Of a DNA stretch of 64,000 nt, positions 23,131 to 32,642 are shown one piece after another. Numbering within the stretch: the first letter of the stretch is position 1; every line of letters begins with the position of its first letter. The translations under genes and the position numbers were made by a program. The notes under the pieces are model-generated. The model was not told the DNA's origin. It was given only the letters and a program-made list of their open reading frames with translations, and made no database searches. This stretch comes from Thermoproteota archaeon (GTDB lineage: Archaea; Thermoproteota; Thermoprotei; Gearchaeales; Gearchaeaceae): assembly GCA_041640715.1 (NCBI GenBank), contig JBEPZU010000001.1, positions 10,535 to 74,534 of the forward strand, written 5' to 3'.

Positions 23131-24087
23131 AGAGAGTGGTTTAAGGATAAAACTAAGTCCCTATCCTTTTGTAAAAAGGACGATAGAAGAGCATTTGAAT
23201 TTCTCTTTTGCTCTATTAGATAAACCTAGAGGGCCTACCAGTCATGAAGTAGCTGCTTGGATAAAAAAAGAATATGGAGTACCAGTCACACACAGCGGGA
23301 CTCTAGAGATATTCGGAGAAATCCCGCTGTTTCTGGGCTACTTTTGATACTTTTTGGAAAAGCTAGGAAATTAAGCAGCTTATTAGCTAGGTTCGATAAA
23401 ACCTACATATGCGAAATGCAATTACATGGGGATGTAGAAGAAGAAAAACTAAGAGAGACTATCAAACTTTTTGAGGGTAAAATATATCAAAAACCGCCTT
23501 TAAGAGCTGCTGTTAAAAAAGTTCCGCGGATAAGGAAAATATATTCGATAGAAATTCTGGACATTTTAGGAAGAAATGTGCTAATGAAGATCAGATGTGA
23601 AGCAGGGACTTATATTAGAAAGCTTTGTTTCGATATAGGAGAATTGCTTGGATGTGGTGCTCATATGACTGAGCTCAGAAGAATTGGAATAGGTTTTTTT
23701 GAAGAAAACTATAAATACCTAGCGACGTTACATGAACTATTCGGGGCGTATAGAATATGGAAATATAAAGGAGATGATTATTATCTTCGTTTATTCTTAA
23801 GACCCGTAGAGGAACTACTTTTTTTCTTACCTAAAGTTTTCATAAAAGATAGTGCCTTATTTTCAGTTACTCATGGTTCTTTTGTAGCTATGCCTGCGGT
23901 GGTTGCTGTGACTTCTAATCTAAAACCAAATCAGGTTGTAGGCATTTATTCTTTAAATAATGAACTAATAGCTATAGGTAAATCTGTGATTAGCGCTGAT
24001 GAAGTATTAAAGAAAGAAAAAGGTCTTGCGGTTAAAATAGACAAGGTCCTCAAAATTTTTGAAAAAAACGCCGGGAGTGGGATTTGA
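23108..24087 (+). CDS. cbf5: H/ACA RNA-guided pseudouridine synthase Cbf5; join(23108..23306,23321..24087), 321 aa after splicing
   Basis: Two ORF-track fragments (DKPRGPTSHEV...HSGTL and PAVSGLL...YQKPP...GTYIRKLC...PUA) join to HSGTLDPAVSG when the 14-nt intron is removed. Confidence 0.95.
23307..23320 (+). other. 14-nt pre-mRNA intron with BHB motif in cbf5
   Basis: AGATATTCGGAGAA; 9-bp exon helix ACAGCGGGA/TCCCGCTGT, central helix CTCT/GGAG, 3-nt bulges AG^A and AA^A. Confidence 0.92.
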
Positions 24088-24152
24088 ACCCACGAGGGGA
24101 AACCCCCACAGGCTCTCCAGGCCTGCGCCTTACCTGGCTAGGCTATCCCGGC
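24069..24152 (-). tRNA. tRNA-Ser(GGA)
   Basis: Reverse complement GCCGGGATAGCC...CAGGC-CTGGAGA-GCCTG...GTGGGTTCAAATCCCACTCCCGGCG. Confidence 0.98.
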
Positions 24153-24198
24153 TTTTGCTAAAATTTTTAAATGGAGCAATTTAATAAATTTACCATCG

Positions 24199-24645
24199 AT
24201 GTCAAAAGATTTCAAGTATGTAGTAAGGATATCTGCTACAGATTTGGAAGGAAAGGAGCAGTTATTCTACGCTCTCCAAAAAATAAAAGGAATAGGCATC
24301 AATACTGCGCTGGCCATTTGTAGGATTATGGGTCTAGATCCTTATACTAAGATAGGTTCTCTTGATGAAGAAACGATAAAAAAACTTGAATACATGGTCA
24401 AGAATTTACATGAAATAGCTCCCGCTTGGTTTTTGAACGTAAAGAAAGATAGATTTACAGGAGAAAACAAACACCTGATAGAATCGGATTTGATTTTAAA
24501 GGTTAGGGAAGACATAGAATTCCAGAAATCTCTGAAGAGCTGGAAAGGGATTAGACACGCTGCGGGTTTGAAAGTTAGAGGTCAATCAACTAGGACTACA
24601 GGAAGGACAGGTTTAACTGTAGGAGTTACAAAGAAAGCTGAATGA
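24199..24645 (+). CDS. rps13: 30S ribosomal protein S13
   Basis: IKGIGIN, WKGIRHAAGLKVRGQSTRTTGR. Confidence 0.98.
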   Translation: MSKDFKYVVRISATDLEGKEQLFYALQKIKGIGINTALAICRIMGLDPYTKIGSLDEETIKKLEYMVKNLHEIAPAWFLNVKKDRFTGENKHLIESDLILKVREDIEFQKSLKSWKGIRHAAGLKVRGQSTRTTGRTGLTVGVTKKAE

Positions 24646-24646
24646 A

Positions 24647-25105
24647 ATGAGGAGGTTTAAAAAAACTTGGGAATCTCCTAGGCATCCTTGGAGAAAGGAA
24701 ACTTTATTAGCAGAGATCGAATTGTTGGGTAGGTATGGTTTGAAGAACAAAAGGGAATTGTGGAAAATGGAATCTTTTCTGAGAATCATAAGAAAAAGAG
24801 CGAGGGCTCTATTAGCTTTGCCTTCCAGAGAAAGAGCTATAGAGGAAGAGAAATTGAAGAATCTCTTGATAAGGTATGGTTTGATAGATGAAAATGCAGA
24901 TATTAGTACAATATTATCCTTGACTATAGAGGATATATTAAAGAGGAGATTGCAAACGGTGCTCTATAACCTTAAACTTGCAAATAGTATTTATCATGCT
25001 AGGCAATTAATAGTTCATAGGAAAGTGCTAGTAAATGGCAGGATAATTAGTAGCCCCAGCTATTTAGTTAAAAAAGATGAAGAAGATAAGATAACTGTAA
25101 TATGA
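24647..25105 (+). CDS. rps4: 30S ribosomal protein S4
   Basis: [28 protein letters not shown]. Confidence 0.98.
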   Translation: MRRFKKTWESPRHPWRKETLLAEIELLGRYGLKNKRELWKMESFLRIIRKRARALLALPSRERAIEEEKLKNLLIRYGLIDENADISTILSLTIEDILKRRLQTVLYNLKLANSIYHARQLIVHRKVLVNGRIISSPSYLVKKDEEDKITVI

Positions 25106-25497
25106 GCGAAAAGAAAGGCTTGTGGGGTATAGCTCATATATATTCGTCTAAGAACAATACTTTGATTTACATAACAGATCTATCAGGTGCTCATTTACTA
25201 ACTTGGAAGTCTGCTGGAGTTGTGGTCAAAGCAGATAGGGAAAAGAAAACTCCTTATGCGGCAATGATGGCTGCTTTCAAGGCGGCAGAGGAGTGTAAGG
25301 AGAAAGGGATTATAGGAGTCCATATAAAAGTAAGAGCACCGGGCGGTCATGATCAAAAAACTCCTGGAGCTGGTGCCAATGCTGCTATAAGGGCTCTTGC
25401 TAGAGCAGGCTTGATGATAGGAAGAATTGAAGATGTTACTCCATTACCTCATGATACCACGAGAAAACCAGGAGGCAGAAGAGGAAGAAGAGTCTAA
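25102..25497 (+). CDS. rps11: 30S ribosomal protein S11
   Basis: [33 protein letters not shown]. Confidence 0.99.
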   Translation: MSEKKGLWGIAHIYSSKNNTLIYITDLSGAHLLTWKSAGVVVKADREKKTPYAAMMAAFKAAEECKEKGIIGVHIKVRAPGGHDQKTPGAGANAAIRALARAGLMIGRIEDVTPLPHDTTRKPGGRRGRRV

Positions 25498-25978
25498 GAG
25501 AATAGTTATATTAGGAGGTTCTTTTAGTCAAATCCATAAAGGTCATCTTTATTTACTTAAAAAATCTCTTAGAATTTCTAAGAAAATCAGAATAGGTTTG
25601 CTTTTAAATATTAGCAATAAACTCTTCGAGGATTTGATCGAGGATTTCGAGACTAGAAGATCTAATCTATTAAGGTCTGTATTTAAAATCGATAAAAAGG
25701 CTGATGTAGAGATATTTCCTATAGTTGATCCTTATGGACCTTCAATCAGTCAAAGCGAATTGACTGATATAGTCTGTACCGTAGAAACACTACCTAGAGC
25801 CTTAGAAATAAATAAAATAAGAGTTGAACGTGGGCTTAAACCCTTGAAAGTTCATTTCATAGAGTTATCCAAAGCAGAAGACGGTAGGCCTATAAGGAGC
25901 TCTAGAATAAGGGCTGGTGAAATAGATAGGGAAGGAAAATTATTAGTTAAAGAAGTGGAGATAACATATGAGGAATGA
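25451..25978 (+). CDS. coaD: Phosphopantetheine adenylyltransferase (archaeal type); start uncertain
   Basis: [11 protein letters not shown] (HxGH), [28 protein letters not shown]. Confidence 0.85.
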   Translation: MIPRENQEAEEEEESKRIVILGGSFSQIHKGHLYLLKKSLRISKKIRIGLLLNISNKLFEDLIEDFETRRSNLLRSVFKIDKKADVEIFPIVDPYGPSISQSELTDIVCTVETLPRALEINKIRVERGLKPLKVHFIELSKAEDGRPIRSSRIRAGEIDREGKLLVKEVEITYEE

Positions 25979-27437
25979 GTTCATTTTTAGCGAGAGAGAG
26001 TATAAACTTTTAAAGGAGATTTTAAAAAATTTCGTCGATCTACGAGAAATATCTAGATTACTGAATATTCCCACCGCTACTTTGAATAGTTGGATAGAGG
26101 AGATGAAAAGTAAAGGATATGTTGAAATCTTAGAAGAATTTTATAACAAGATAACTTTAACTGATGAAGGTAGACTTTACTCAGAAATAGGTTTACCTGA
26201 GAAAAGACTTGCTTTATTTCTGATGAAAGAAAGTCCAAAAACGTTAGAAGAATTGAAATCCCATTTTGATCCTAGGGAATTAGATATAGCTATAATGCAC
26301 GGGATTAAAAAAGGAATGATAGAATATCATCAAAACAAGTTTAGATTCCTTTCTCTGAAGAAATTAAAGGAAGAAGAATTACTTAAAGAAATAAGAGAGA
26401 AGGAAGAACTTTTAGTTACGAATCTTGATGATACAGTGAAACAATTAAAGAAAAGGGGATTAGTAGAAATATCACCTTTTAAGGTAATATCTGTGAAAGC
26501 GAGCTCTCAGATAATTAATGCGTTTGAAACTAAAAATTACAAAGTCTTGTCTGAGGTTTCAAAGATAACTGGCGAAATGATCGCTTCTGGAAAATGGAAA
26601 GAGTTTTATTTAAAACCTTATAATTTAGAAGCCCTTCCTCCTTTAAGATATTTCGGCAGATCTCATATCTATATGAGATTCTTAGACGAAGTTAAGCAAG
26701 TTCTTCTAGAGATGGGGTTTGAGGAATATGAAGACGAGTTTATCATACCTGAACTTTGGAATTTTGACATCTTATTTGTACCTCAAGACCATCCTTCAAG
26801 AGAAGTTCAAGATACTTTTAGACTTAATCTTCCAGCGGCCGATTTGGACGAAAATCTAGTTACTAGCGTAAAAGAGATGCACGAAAATACTTTCAGAACG
26901 AGTCTAGGGTGGGATTATAAATGGGATGTAAATATAGCTAGAAGATATGTGCTTAGAACCCATACTACGCCTGTTTCTATTAAGTACATTTACTTAAACA
27001 AAGATAGGGAAGCCAAGGTATTTTGTATTTCAAGAAACTTTAGAAGAGACATTCCAGATAAAACTCATTTCATAGAATTCTATCAATGTGAAGGTATAAT
27101 GATCGGTAAGAAACTGAGTTTCTCAAATCTCTTGAATTTTCTAAAGGATTTTGCCTCTAGACTAGGCTTGGAACAAATACGATTTAAACCTAGCTACTTT
27201 CCTTTCACAGAACCTAGCGTTGAAGGTTCTGTTTTTCACCCTAAGCTTGGTTGGATAGAAGCTTTACCTGGGGGGATGTTAAGACCTGAGATATTGAAGG
27301 CTTTGAAGGTTAATGCAAGAGTATTAGCTTGGGGTATAGGCATAGATAGATTGGCTATGGCAGTCCTTGGCATAGAAGACATAAGAGAGCTTTTTTCTAA
27401 AGACCTAGATTTTCTTAGAAACGCGGCTTTTCTTTAA
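25968..27437 (+). CDS. pheS: Phenylalanyl-tRNA synthetase alpha subunit
   Basis: WNFDILFVPQDHPSRE, LRTHTT, YFPFTEPS, AWGIGIDRLAM. Confidence 0.98.
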   Translation: MRNEFIFSEREYKLLKEILKNFVDLREISRLLNIPTATLNSWIEEMKSKGYVEILEEFYNKITLTDEGRLYSEIGLPEKRLALFLMKESPKTLEELKSHFDPRELDIAIMHGIKKGMIEYHQNKFRFLSLKKLKEEELLKEIREKEELLVTNLDDTVKQLKKRGLVEISPFKVISVKASSQIINAFETKNYKVLSEVSKITGEMIASGKWKEFYLKPYNLEALPPLRYFGRSHIYMRFLDEVKQVLLEMGFEEYEDEFIIPELWNFDILFVPQDHPSREVQDTFRLNLPAADLDENLVTSVKEMHENTFRTSLGWDYKWDVNIARRYVLRTHTTPVSIKYIYLNKDREAKVFCISRNFRRDIPDKTHFIEFYQCEGIMIGKKLSFSNLLNFLKDFASRLGLEQIRFKPSYFPFTEPSVEGSVFHPKLGWIEALPGGMLRPEILKALKVNARVLAWGIGIDRLAMAVLGIEDIRELFSKDLDFLRNAAFL

Positions 27438-29095
27438 TGCCCACCATAATTTTAGATAAAAAAAGAATATTGAAAGAACTTGGAAGGGATTTAAGCACAG
27501 ATGAGCTCGAGGACTTGCTAGCCTCTTGCAAATGTGAGATAAAAGGGGAGAGAGATGAGAATTTAATTTGCGAAATAACAACAGACAGGGTTGATTGTTT
27601 TTCTACTGAAGGTATAATAAGGGCTTTTAAAGGTTTGTTGGGTATAGAGAAAGGGTTGGTGAATCTTGAATTTTTCTATGATAGCGTAGAAGTTCAAGTA
27701 GATAAGAGCGTTTCAAGTATAAGGCCTTATGTGGTCATGGCTACTGTGAGGGGTGTTAAGCTAGATCCTAGGGCTCTAGAAAGCATAATAATGTTTCAAG
27801 AGATTTTACACGAAAGTTTAGGAAGAAATAGAAGGAAGGCATCTATAGGCCTATATGATTTATCAAAGATAAGCAATAAAATATTCTACAAATGTCTTCC
27901 TCTTTCATCTATAAAATTTACACCTTTAGATAAAGAGGAGGAATTGGACGGTTATACAATATTGGCAGAGACCGAAAAAGGGAAGCTTTATAGAAAGCTT
28001 GTACCTGAAGATAGAGCTCCCGTATTAATCGACTCGGATGGTAAATATCTAAGCATGGTTCCAATAATAAATTCTCAAGAAGCTAAAGTCACGGTGAATA
28101 CTAGAGATATATTAATAGATTCTACTGGTTTTGATAGGAATTTTTTAAGATCCATAGTTTCATTAGTAGCGTATATTTTAAGCTTCTATGGAGGCAAGAT
28201 AGGTTTCATAAAACATATATATCCAGATTCTACCTTCTATGCAAAATTTGAGAACAGATTTTATGAATTGGACCCTGTAGAAGCAGAAGAAATCTTAAGT
28301 ATTGACCTGAAAAAAGAAGAGTTGGAAGATTTATTGTTACGTTCAAGATATGGTTTTAGCGTTAGCGGAAATAAATACATTATAGAAGTTCCTTTCTATA
28401 GGATCGATGTGCTAGGGGCCATAGATATAATCGAAGATCTTGCTATAGCTAAAGGCTATAGCAAGATAGTGCCTAAACCGGCACAGCTAAACACTAGGGG
28501 TAAATTGAACGAAAAAAGCATCTTGAGTAAAATCGTAAAAGAGATATTCAACGGTATGGGATTCCAAGAAATAGCCAATTATATAATTTGTAACAGTGAA
28601 CTGCAAACAGTCCTCGTGGGTTTAAACAAGGAAGATATAGGATTGATATATCTTGAAAATCCTATAAGCAAAGAATTCGATTGTGTAAGGGCGAATATAT
28701 TTCCGTGCATACTGGATTTCCTATCTAAAAACAGGGGGTATAGCTATCCTCAGAAAGTCTATGAATTAGGAGAAGTGATGTTTCTAAAAGGTTCGCATTT
28801 TAAGAGAGAATTTAGGCTTTCTTCGATAATAGTTTACAATGAAGCAAGTTTTGAAGATATTCATGCAGCAATTTATTCTTTCTTTAAGGCTTTTGGCTTG
28901 GAACTAAAACTTAAAGAAAATAATCTTAACTTTTTGATCAAAGGAAGAAGAGCTAATATACTATTTAACGGAGAAGCAATAGGATGGATAGGAGAATTAA
29001 ATCCTGAAATTTCAGCTAGATTTTCTTTGTACCAACCCATAGTAGCAAGCGAGTTAAACTTAGAGCCTATTATAAAGTTTAAGTTTTCAAAATGA
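27437..29095 (+). CDS. pheT: Phenylalanyl-tRNA synthetase beta subunit
   Basis: MPTI, GRNRRKASIG, PIINS, DIIEDLAIAKGY. Confidence 0.97.
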   Translation: MPTIILDKKRILKELGRDLSTDELEDLLASCKCEIKGERDENLICEITTDRVDCFSTEGIIRAFKGLLGIEKGLVNLEFFYDSVEVQVDKSVSSIRPYVVMATVRGVKLDPRALESIIMFQEILHESLGRNRRKASIGLYDLSKISNKIFYKCLPLSSIKFTPLDKEEELDGYTILAETEKGKLYRKLVPEDRAPVLIDSDGKYLSMVPIINSQEAKVTVNTRDILIDSTGFDRNFLRSIVSLVAYILSFYGGKIGFIKHIYPDSTFYAKFENRFYELDPVEAEEILSIDLKKEELEDLLLRSRYGFSVSGNKYIIEVPFYRIDVLGAIDIIEDLAIAKGYSKIVPKPAQLNTRGKLNEKSILSKIVKEIFNGMGFQEIANYIICNSELQTVLVGLNKEDIGLIYLENPISKEFDCVRANIFPCILDFLSKNRGYSYPQKVYELGEVMFLKGSHFKREFRLSSIIVYNEASFEDIHAAIYSFFKAFGLELKLKENNLNFLIKGRRANILFNGEAIGWIGELNPEISARFSLYQPIVASELNLEPIIKFKFSK

Positions 29096-29103
29096 AAATT
29101 TAA

Positions 29104-29199
29104 TGTGGGGGCGCATCCTTTTGGAGAGAGCTATAACGAGTGGGTTATACCCTTGATGAGTTATAGTGTTGTCATAAAGGATCAAGGGGCGCCCCCATA
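29104..29199 (+). ncRNA. Structured K-turn hairpin RNA, H/ACA guide-like
   Basis: GC-rich island in AT-rich spacer; stems GGGGGCGC/GCGCCCCC, ATCCTTT/AAAGGAT, GCTATAAC/GTTATAGT; GA...GAT-GA K-turn; TTATAAA at 29070-29076. Confidence 0.75.
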
Positions 29200-29248
29200 G
29201 AGAATATTTTAATATTCTTCTTTGGACATTTATTTAAGGTGACAAAAT

Positions 29249-30412
29249 ATGGGAGGTCCTCCTGTTAATGCTAAGTACATATTAATCGCAAAAATTGAGG
29301 TTGATGGAGTGGTAGAAAAACCAGATATTATAGGAGCCTTATTTGGGCAAACAGAAGGCTTGCTAGGTGACGAGCTGGAATTGAGAGAGTTACAGAAGAT
29401 AGGAAAGGTAGGAAGGATAGATGTTGAATTTGAAGTAAGAGGTGGTAAAACCGTGGGTAATATAATTGTTCCTACGAATCTAGATAAACCAGAAGTAGCT
29501 TTGATAGCCGCAAGCCTAGAAACTATAGATAAAGTAGGACCTAATAGCGCTAGAATAGAGATAAAAGAGATAAAAGATGCTAGAGAAGAGAAAAGAGCAA
29601 AAATAATTGAAAGGGCAAAGGAGATTCTTCTAAAATGGAAAGAGAGTAAAGAAGTTAGTTCTGTGGATCTTATTAAAAGCCTAACAGAGGCTGTTAAAGT
29701 ATCCCAACTGACATATTATGGTCCAGATAGACTTCCTGCGGGTCCAGATGTAGAATCTTCTCCAGAGATAATAATTGTAGAAGGAAGAGCAGACGTGGTG
29801 AATCTTCTTAGACATGGCTATAGGAATGTAATAGCTCTAAACGGTTCTAAAATACCTCCGACTATCGTTAATATTAGCAAGGAAAAGAGAACGATCGCCT
29901 TTTTAGATGGGGATAGAGCTGGTGATTTGATACTTAAGGAGCTGGTAAACGTAGCTAAAATAGATTACGTAGCTAGAGCTCCCTTTGGTAAAGAAGTAGA
30001 AGAGTTAACTGGTAAGGAAATAGCAGCAGCTTTGGATGATAAAGTTCCCATATCTCATTATTTTTCAAGCCTTAAGGAGGAGCAAAAAATTCCTAAGTCT
30101 TCCCAAATAATTGAAGCAGTCAAATCTGTAATAGGTACGATGGAAGCATTGATATTAGATAACGATTATAGAGTTATAGAAAGGGTAGCTTTAAAGGATA
30201 TAATAGAGAAGTTATCACAAATTGATTCTTTTAACGTCCTTATAATAGATGGAATAATAACTCAACGCTTAGTAGATTTGTGCAAAGAAAAGAAGGCCTC
30301 AGCTATTTACGGTTATAAGGTAGGTAATATCAGCAACGTCCCCCCTGACCTATCGATATATTTATTCGATGAGCATGCGGTTATAAAGAAATATGAAGGT
30401 AAGTTTCAATGA
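29249..30412 (+). CDS. dnaG: Archaeal DnaG (TOPRIM, exosome-associated)
   Basis: GALFGQTEGLLG, VEGRADV, DGDRAG; AGGTGA RBS upstream. Confidence 0.97.
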   Translation: MGGPPVNAKYILIAKIEVDGVVEKPDIIGALFGQTEGLLGDELELRELQKIGKVGRIDVEFEVRGGKTVGNIIVPTNLDKPEVALIAASLETIDKVGPNSARIEIKEIKDAREEKRAKIIERAKEILLKWKESKEVSSVDLIKSLTEAVKVSQLTYYGPDRLPAGPDVESSPEIIIVEGRADVVNLLRHGYRNVIALNGSKIPPTIVNISKEKRTIAFLDGDRAGDLILKELVNVAKIDYVARAPFGKEVEELTGKEIAAALDDKVPISHYFSSLKEEQKIPKSSQIIEAVKSVIGTMEALILDNDYRVIERVALKDIIEKLSQIDSFNVLIIDGIITQRLVDLCKEKKASAIYGYKVGNISNVPPDLSIYLFDEHAVIKKYEGKFQ

Positions 30413-31436
30413 AAAGCACAATGAGGCTACTTTCACTATTCAAAGCCTTAATGATATATTTCATTTTTATTTAATTTTAGAAGAAGGGGACGAACTTTAC
30501 GGTTGGTCCTATAGACAAAGAAAGATTTATGATAGTGAAGGAAAATCTGAAAAAGGGGAAAGAGAACGCGTCTATCTAGGAATAAGGGTTGAAAAGGTTT
30601 ATTTCAATTCAAAGAAGGATGTGAAAGTTATAGGGAGCATAATATTCAGACCTGAATACTTTGAAGCTAGTGGTCATCATTCTTTCACGATTGGCTTAGG
30701 CGATACAGTTAAAGTTATCAAAAAAGATTGGTCTTCAGCGATCGTTCAAACAATACTCAAGAACATCAAAGAAGAATATCCTAAATCCTTAATAATTTCT
30801 CTTGATTATGGGAGTATAGCTATAGCGAAGCTTGACCAAAATGGGATGAGTATTTTGTTTTCCGAAGAAGAAAATATCGGAGGTAAAAGAGATAGCAGCA
30901 TGAGAGATGAAACATTTAACCGTTTCATCCAAAAATGCACAAATATATCTAAAAAATTCATCTCCGAAATTTCCCCCGAGTTGGTAATACTTTATAGCCC
31001 TTCCAATCTTAAAGACATCCTTTATGAAAATCTAAAGGAGGATTTCGAGAAAATATTCAGAGTAAGAGGTTCGATAGGAGGCCTAGAGGGAATATATGAA
31101 TCGTTGAGAAATGAAGATTCCCTTAAGATATTGAGTCTTCACGGTCATGATGAAACTGCATCTCTAGAACATTTATTAAGTAAGCCTGAGAAAATAGCTA
31201 TTGGCATGGAAGAAGTGAAGAAGGTTGTTGAACTTAGAGCAATAGATAAGCTTTTAATATCCACCAAATTATTGAAGAGTTCTGCTCAGGAAGAGTTACA
31301 AGAATTGAAAAAAATATCTGAAAAGGTTAAAAGATATGGAGGATCGATAAAGATCATCGATGAAGAAAGCGATTTTGGTAAAACAATGGAAAAGCTTGGT
31401 AACGTGTTAGCTATTTTACGCTTTAATTTATGTTAA
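30393..31436 (+). CDS. pelA: Pelota (Dom34) ribosome rescue factor
   Basis: LNDIFHFYLILEEGD, GHHSFTI, C-terminal AILRF of eRF1-like family; divergent. Confidence 0.85.
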   Translation: MKVSFNEKHNEATFTIQSLNDIFHFYLILEEGDELYGWSYRQRKIYDSEGKSEKGERERVYLGIRVEKVYFNSKKDVKVIGSIIFRPEYFEASGHHSFTIGLGDTVKVIKKDWSSAIVQTILKNIKEEYPKSLIISLDYGSIAIAKLDQNGMSILFSEEENIGGKRDSSMRDETFNRFIQKCTNISKKFISEISPELVILYSPSNLKDILYENLKEDFEKIFRVRGSIGGLEGIYESLRNEDSLKILSLHGHDETASLEHLLSKPEKIAIGMEEVKKVVELRAIDKLLISTKLLKSSAQEELQELKKISEKVKRYGGSIKIIDEESDFGKTMEKLGNVLAILRFNLC

Positions 31437-32642
31437 ATGTCGGTAATAGATTTATTATTAATTATTTTTTTATTTTGGTTTTTATTGTATTTTATTTTTA
31501 AACTATTACAAAGGACTTCATTAAATAAAAAATTATCTGAGAATATAGAAATACAACCCTTGTTATTACTCTTAAAGACTAAAAGATTCAATAATTATAT
31601 TATTAAAACAGGCAGAAAGAGAGTGAAAGTTTTTAATATAATAGGGGAGCTTTCGGTTGTTTATGGTGTTGCGCTAATGGCTTATGCCTTCTTCTTCTTA
31701 ACGAAGAATCTCATTGTGCTTTTAATCCCTAGCGGCGATGGGCTATTTGGGGTAGCTTCTCCGGTAGTTCCCATTCTATTTGGAATAACGTTTATGCCTC
31801 CTATAGAACAGTTGATCATCATCTTGCTAGTCATAGGTATAGCCGTGATCTTCCATGAACTATTTCATGGTTTTCTTGCTGCTTCTGGCGGGATGAAGGT
31901 GAAATCAACCGGAGCTGGCTTATTGTTTTTGATCCCAATGGCTTTCGTTGAAATAGATGATGAATCCTTGAAGAATTCTTCTTTTAAGAAAAGAACTAGG
32001 ATGATAAGCGCAGGTTCTTTTATAAATTTGGTCCAAGCTATGATATTTTTCTTATTGATATTATCTTTTCCTTTCTCTATTGCTTGGGGTTATTCTTTAG
32101 AGACCAGTGGAGTTTTAATATATTCTCTCTCTGATAACTCTCCTGCTTCTCTTGCTGGTTTGGAAGTAGGAGATGCTATAATAGCCATGAACGGGACTCC
32201 TATTAAGAATTACCAAAATTTCGTCAAATATTTAGAAAATACGAAGCCCAATCAAACTTTGACGCTTACTATTGAGAGGAACCTTAAACAATTCAACGTT
32301 ACGATTAAGTTAGCTGAAAGTCCCTATGTTAAGAACAGAGGGTTTGTAGGAGTATCTACGATGGATTATAGAAGACCTATTTCTAGTATATTCCCCGCAA
32401 TATTTCAATACTTCTTTTTCATCTTTTTGTTATGGGGTTTCACGGTATGCTTTAGTTTAGCCATTTTTAACATGTTACCTATTCCTTTATTCGATGGCGA
32501 TAAATTCTTAGGAGAAATTTTAGGTTTCATAAAAAAGGCCAAAATTAGAATCCTCATCCATAATTCCTTAAGAATATTGGCTTTTTCGCTCTTGGTTTTA
32601 AACATATATTTCAGTTTGCTTAGATTTGGTTTTGTTGGATGA
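31437..32642 (+). CDS. Site-2 protease family (M50) membrane metalloprotease with PDZ domain
   Basis: HELFH, NMLPIPLFDG, SPASLAGL PDZ. Confidence 0.95.
   Translation: MSVIDLLLIIFLFWFLLYFIFKLLQRTSLNKKLSENIEIQPLLLLLKTKRFNNYIIKTGRKRVKVFNIIGELSVVYGVALMAYAFFFLTKNLIVLLIPSGDGLFGVASPVVPILFGITFMPPIEQLIIILLVIGIAVIFHELFHGFLAASGGMKVKSTGAGLLFLIPMAFVEIDDESLKNSSFKKRTRMISAGSFINLVQAMIFFLLILSFPFSIAWGYSLETSGVLIYSLSDNSPASLAGLEVGDAIIAMNGTPIKNYQNFVKYLENTKPNQTLTLTIERNLKQFNVTIKLAESPYVKNRGFVGVSTMDYRRPISSIFPAIFQYFFFIFLLWGFTVCFSLAIFNMLPIPLFDGDKFLGEILGFIKKAKIRILIHNSLRILAFSLLVLNIYFSLLRFGFVG

Noticed and set aside
23108..24087. cbf5 as a frameshifted pseudogene or programmed frameshift
   Set aside because: A complete BHB intron restores frame and the catalytic Asp exactly
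29104..29199. 5S rRNA, tRNA half or simple terminator
   Set aside because: No 5S or T-loop consensus; multi-stem K-turn structure with an upstream TATA fits a small RNA better
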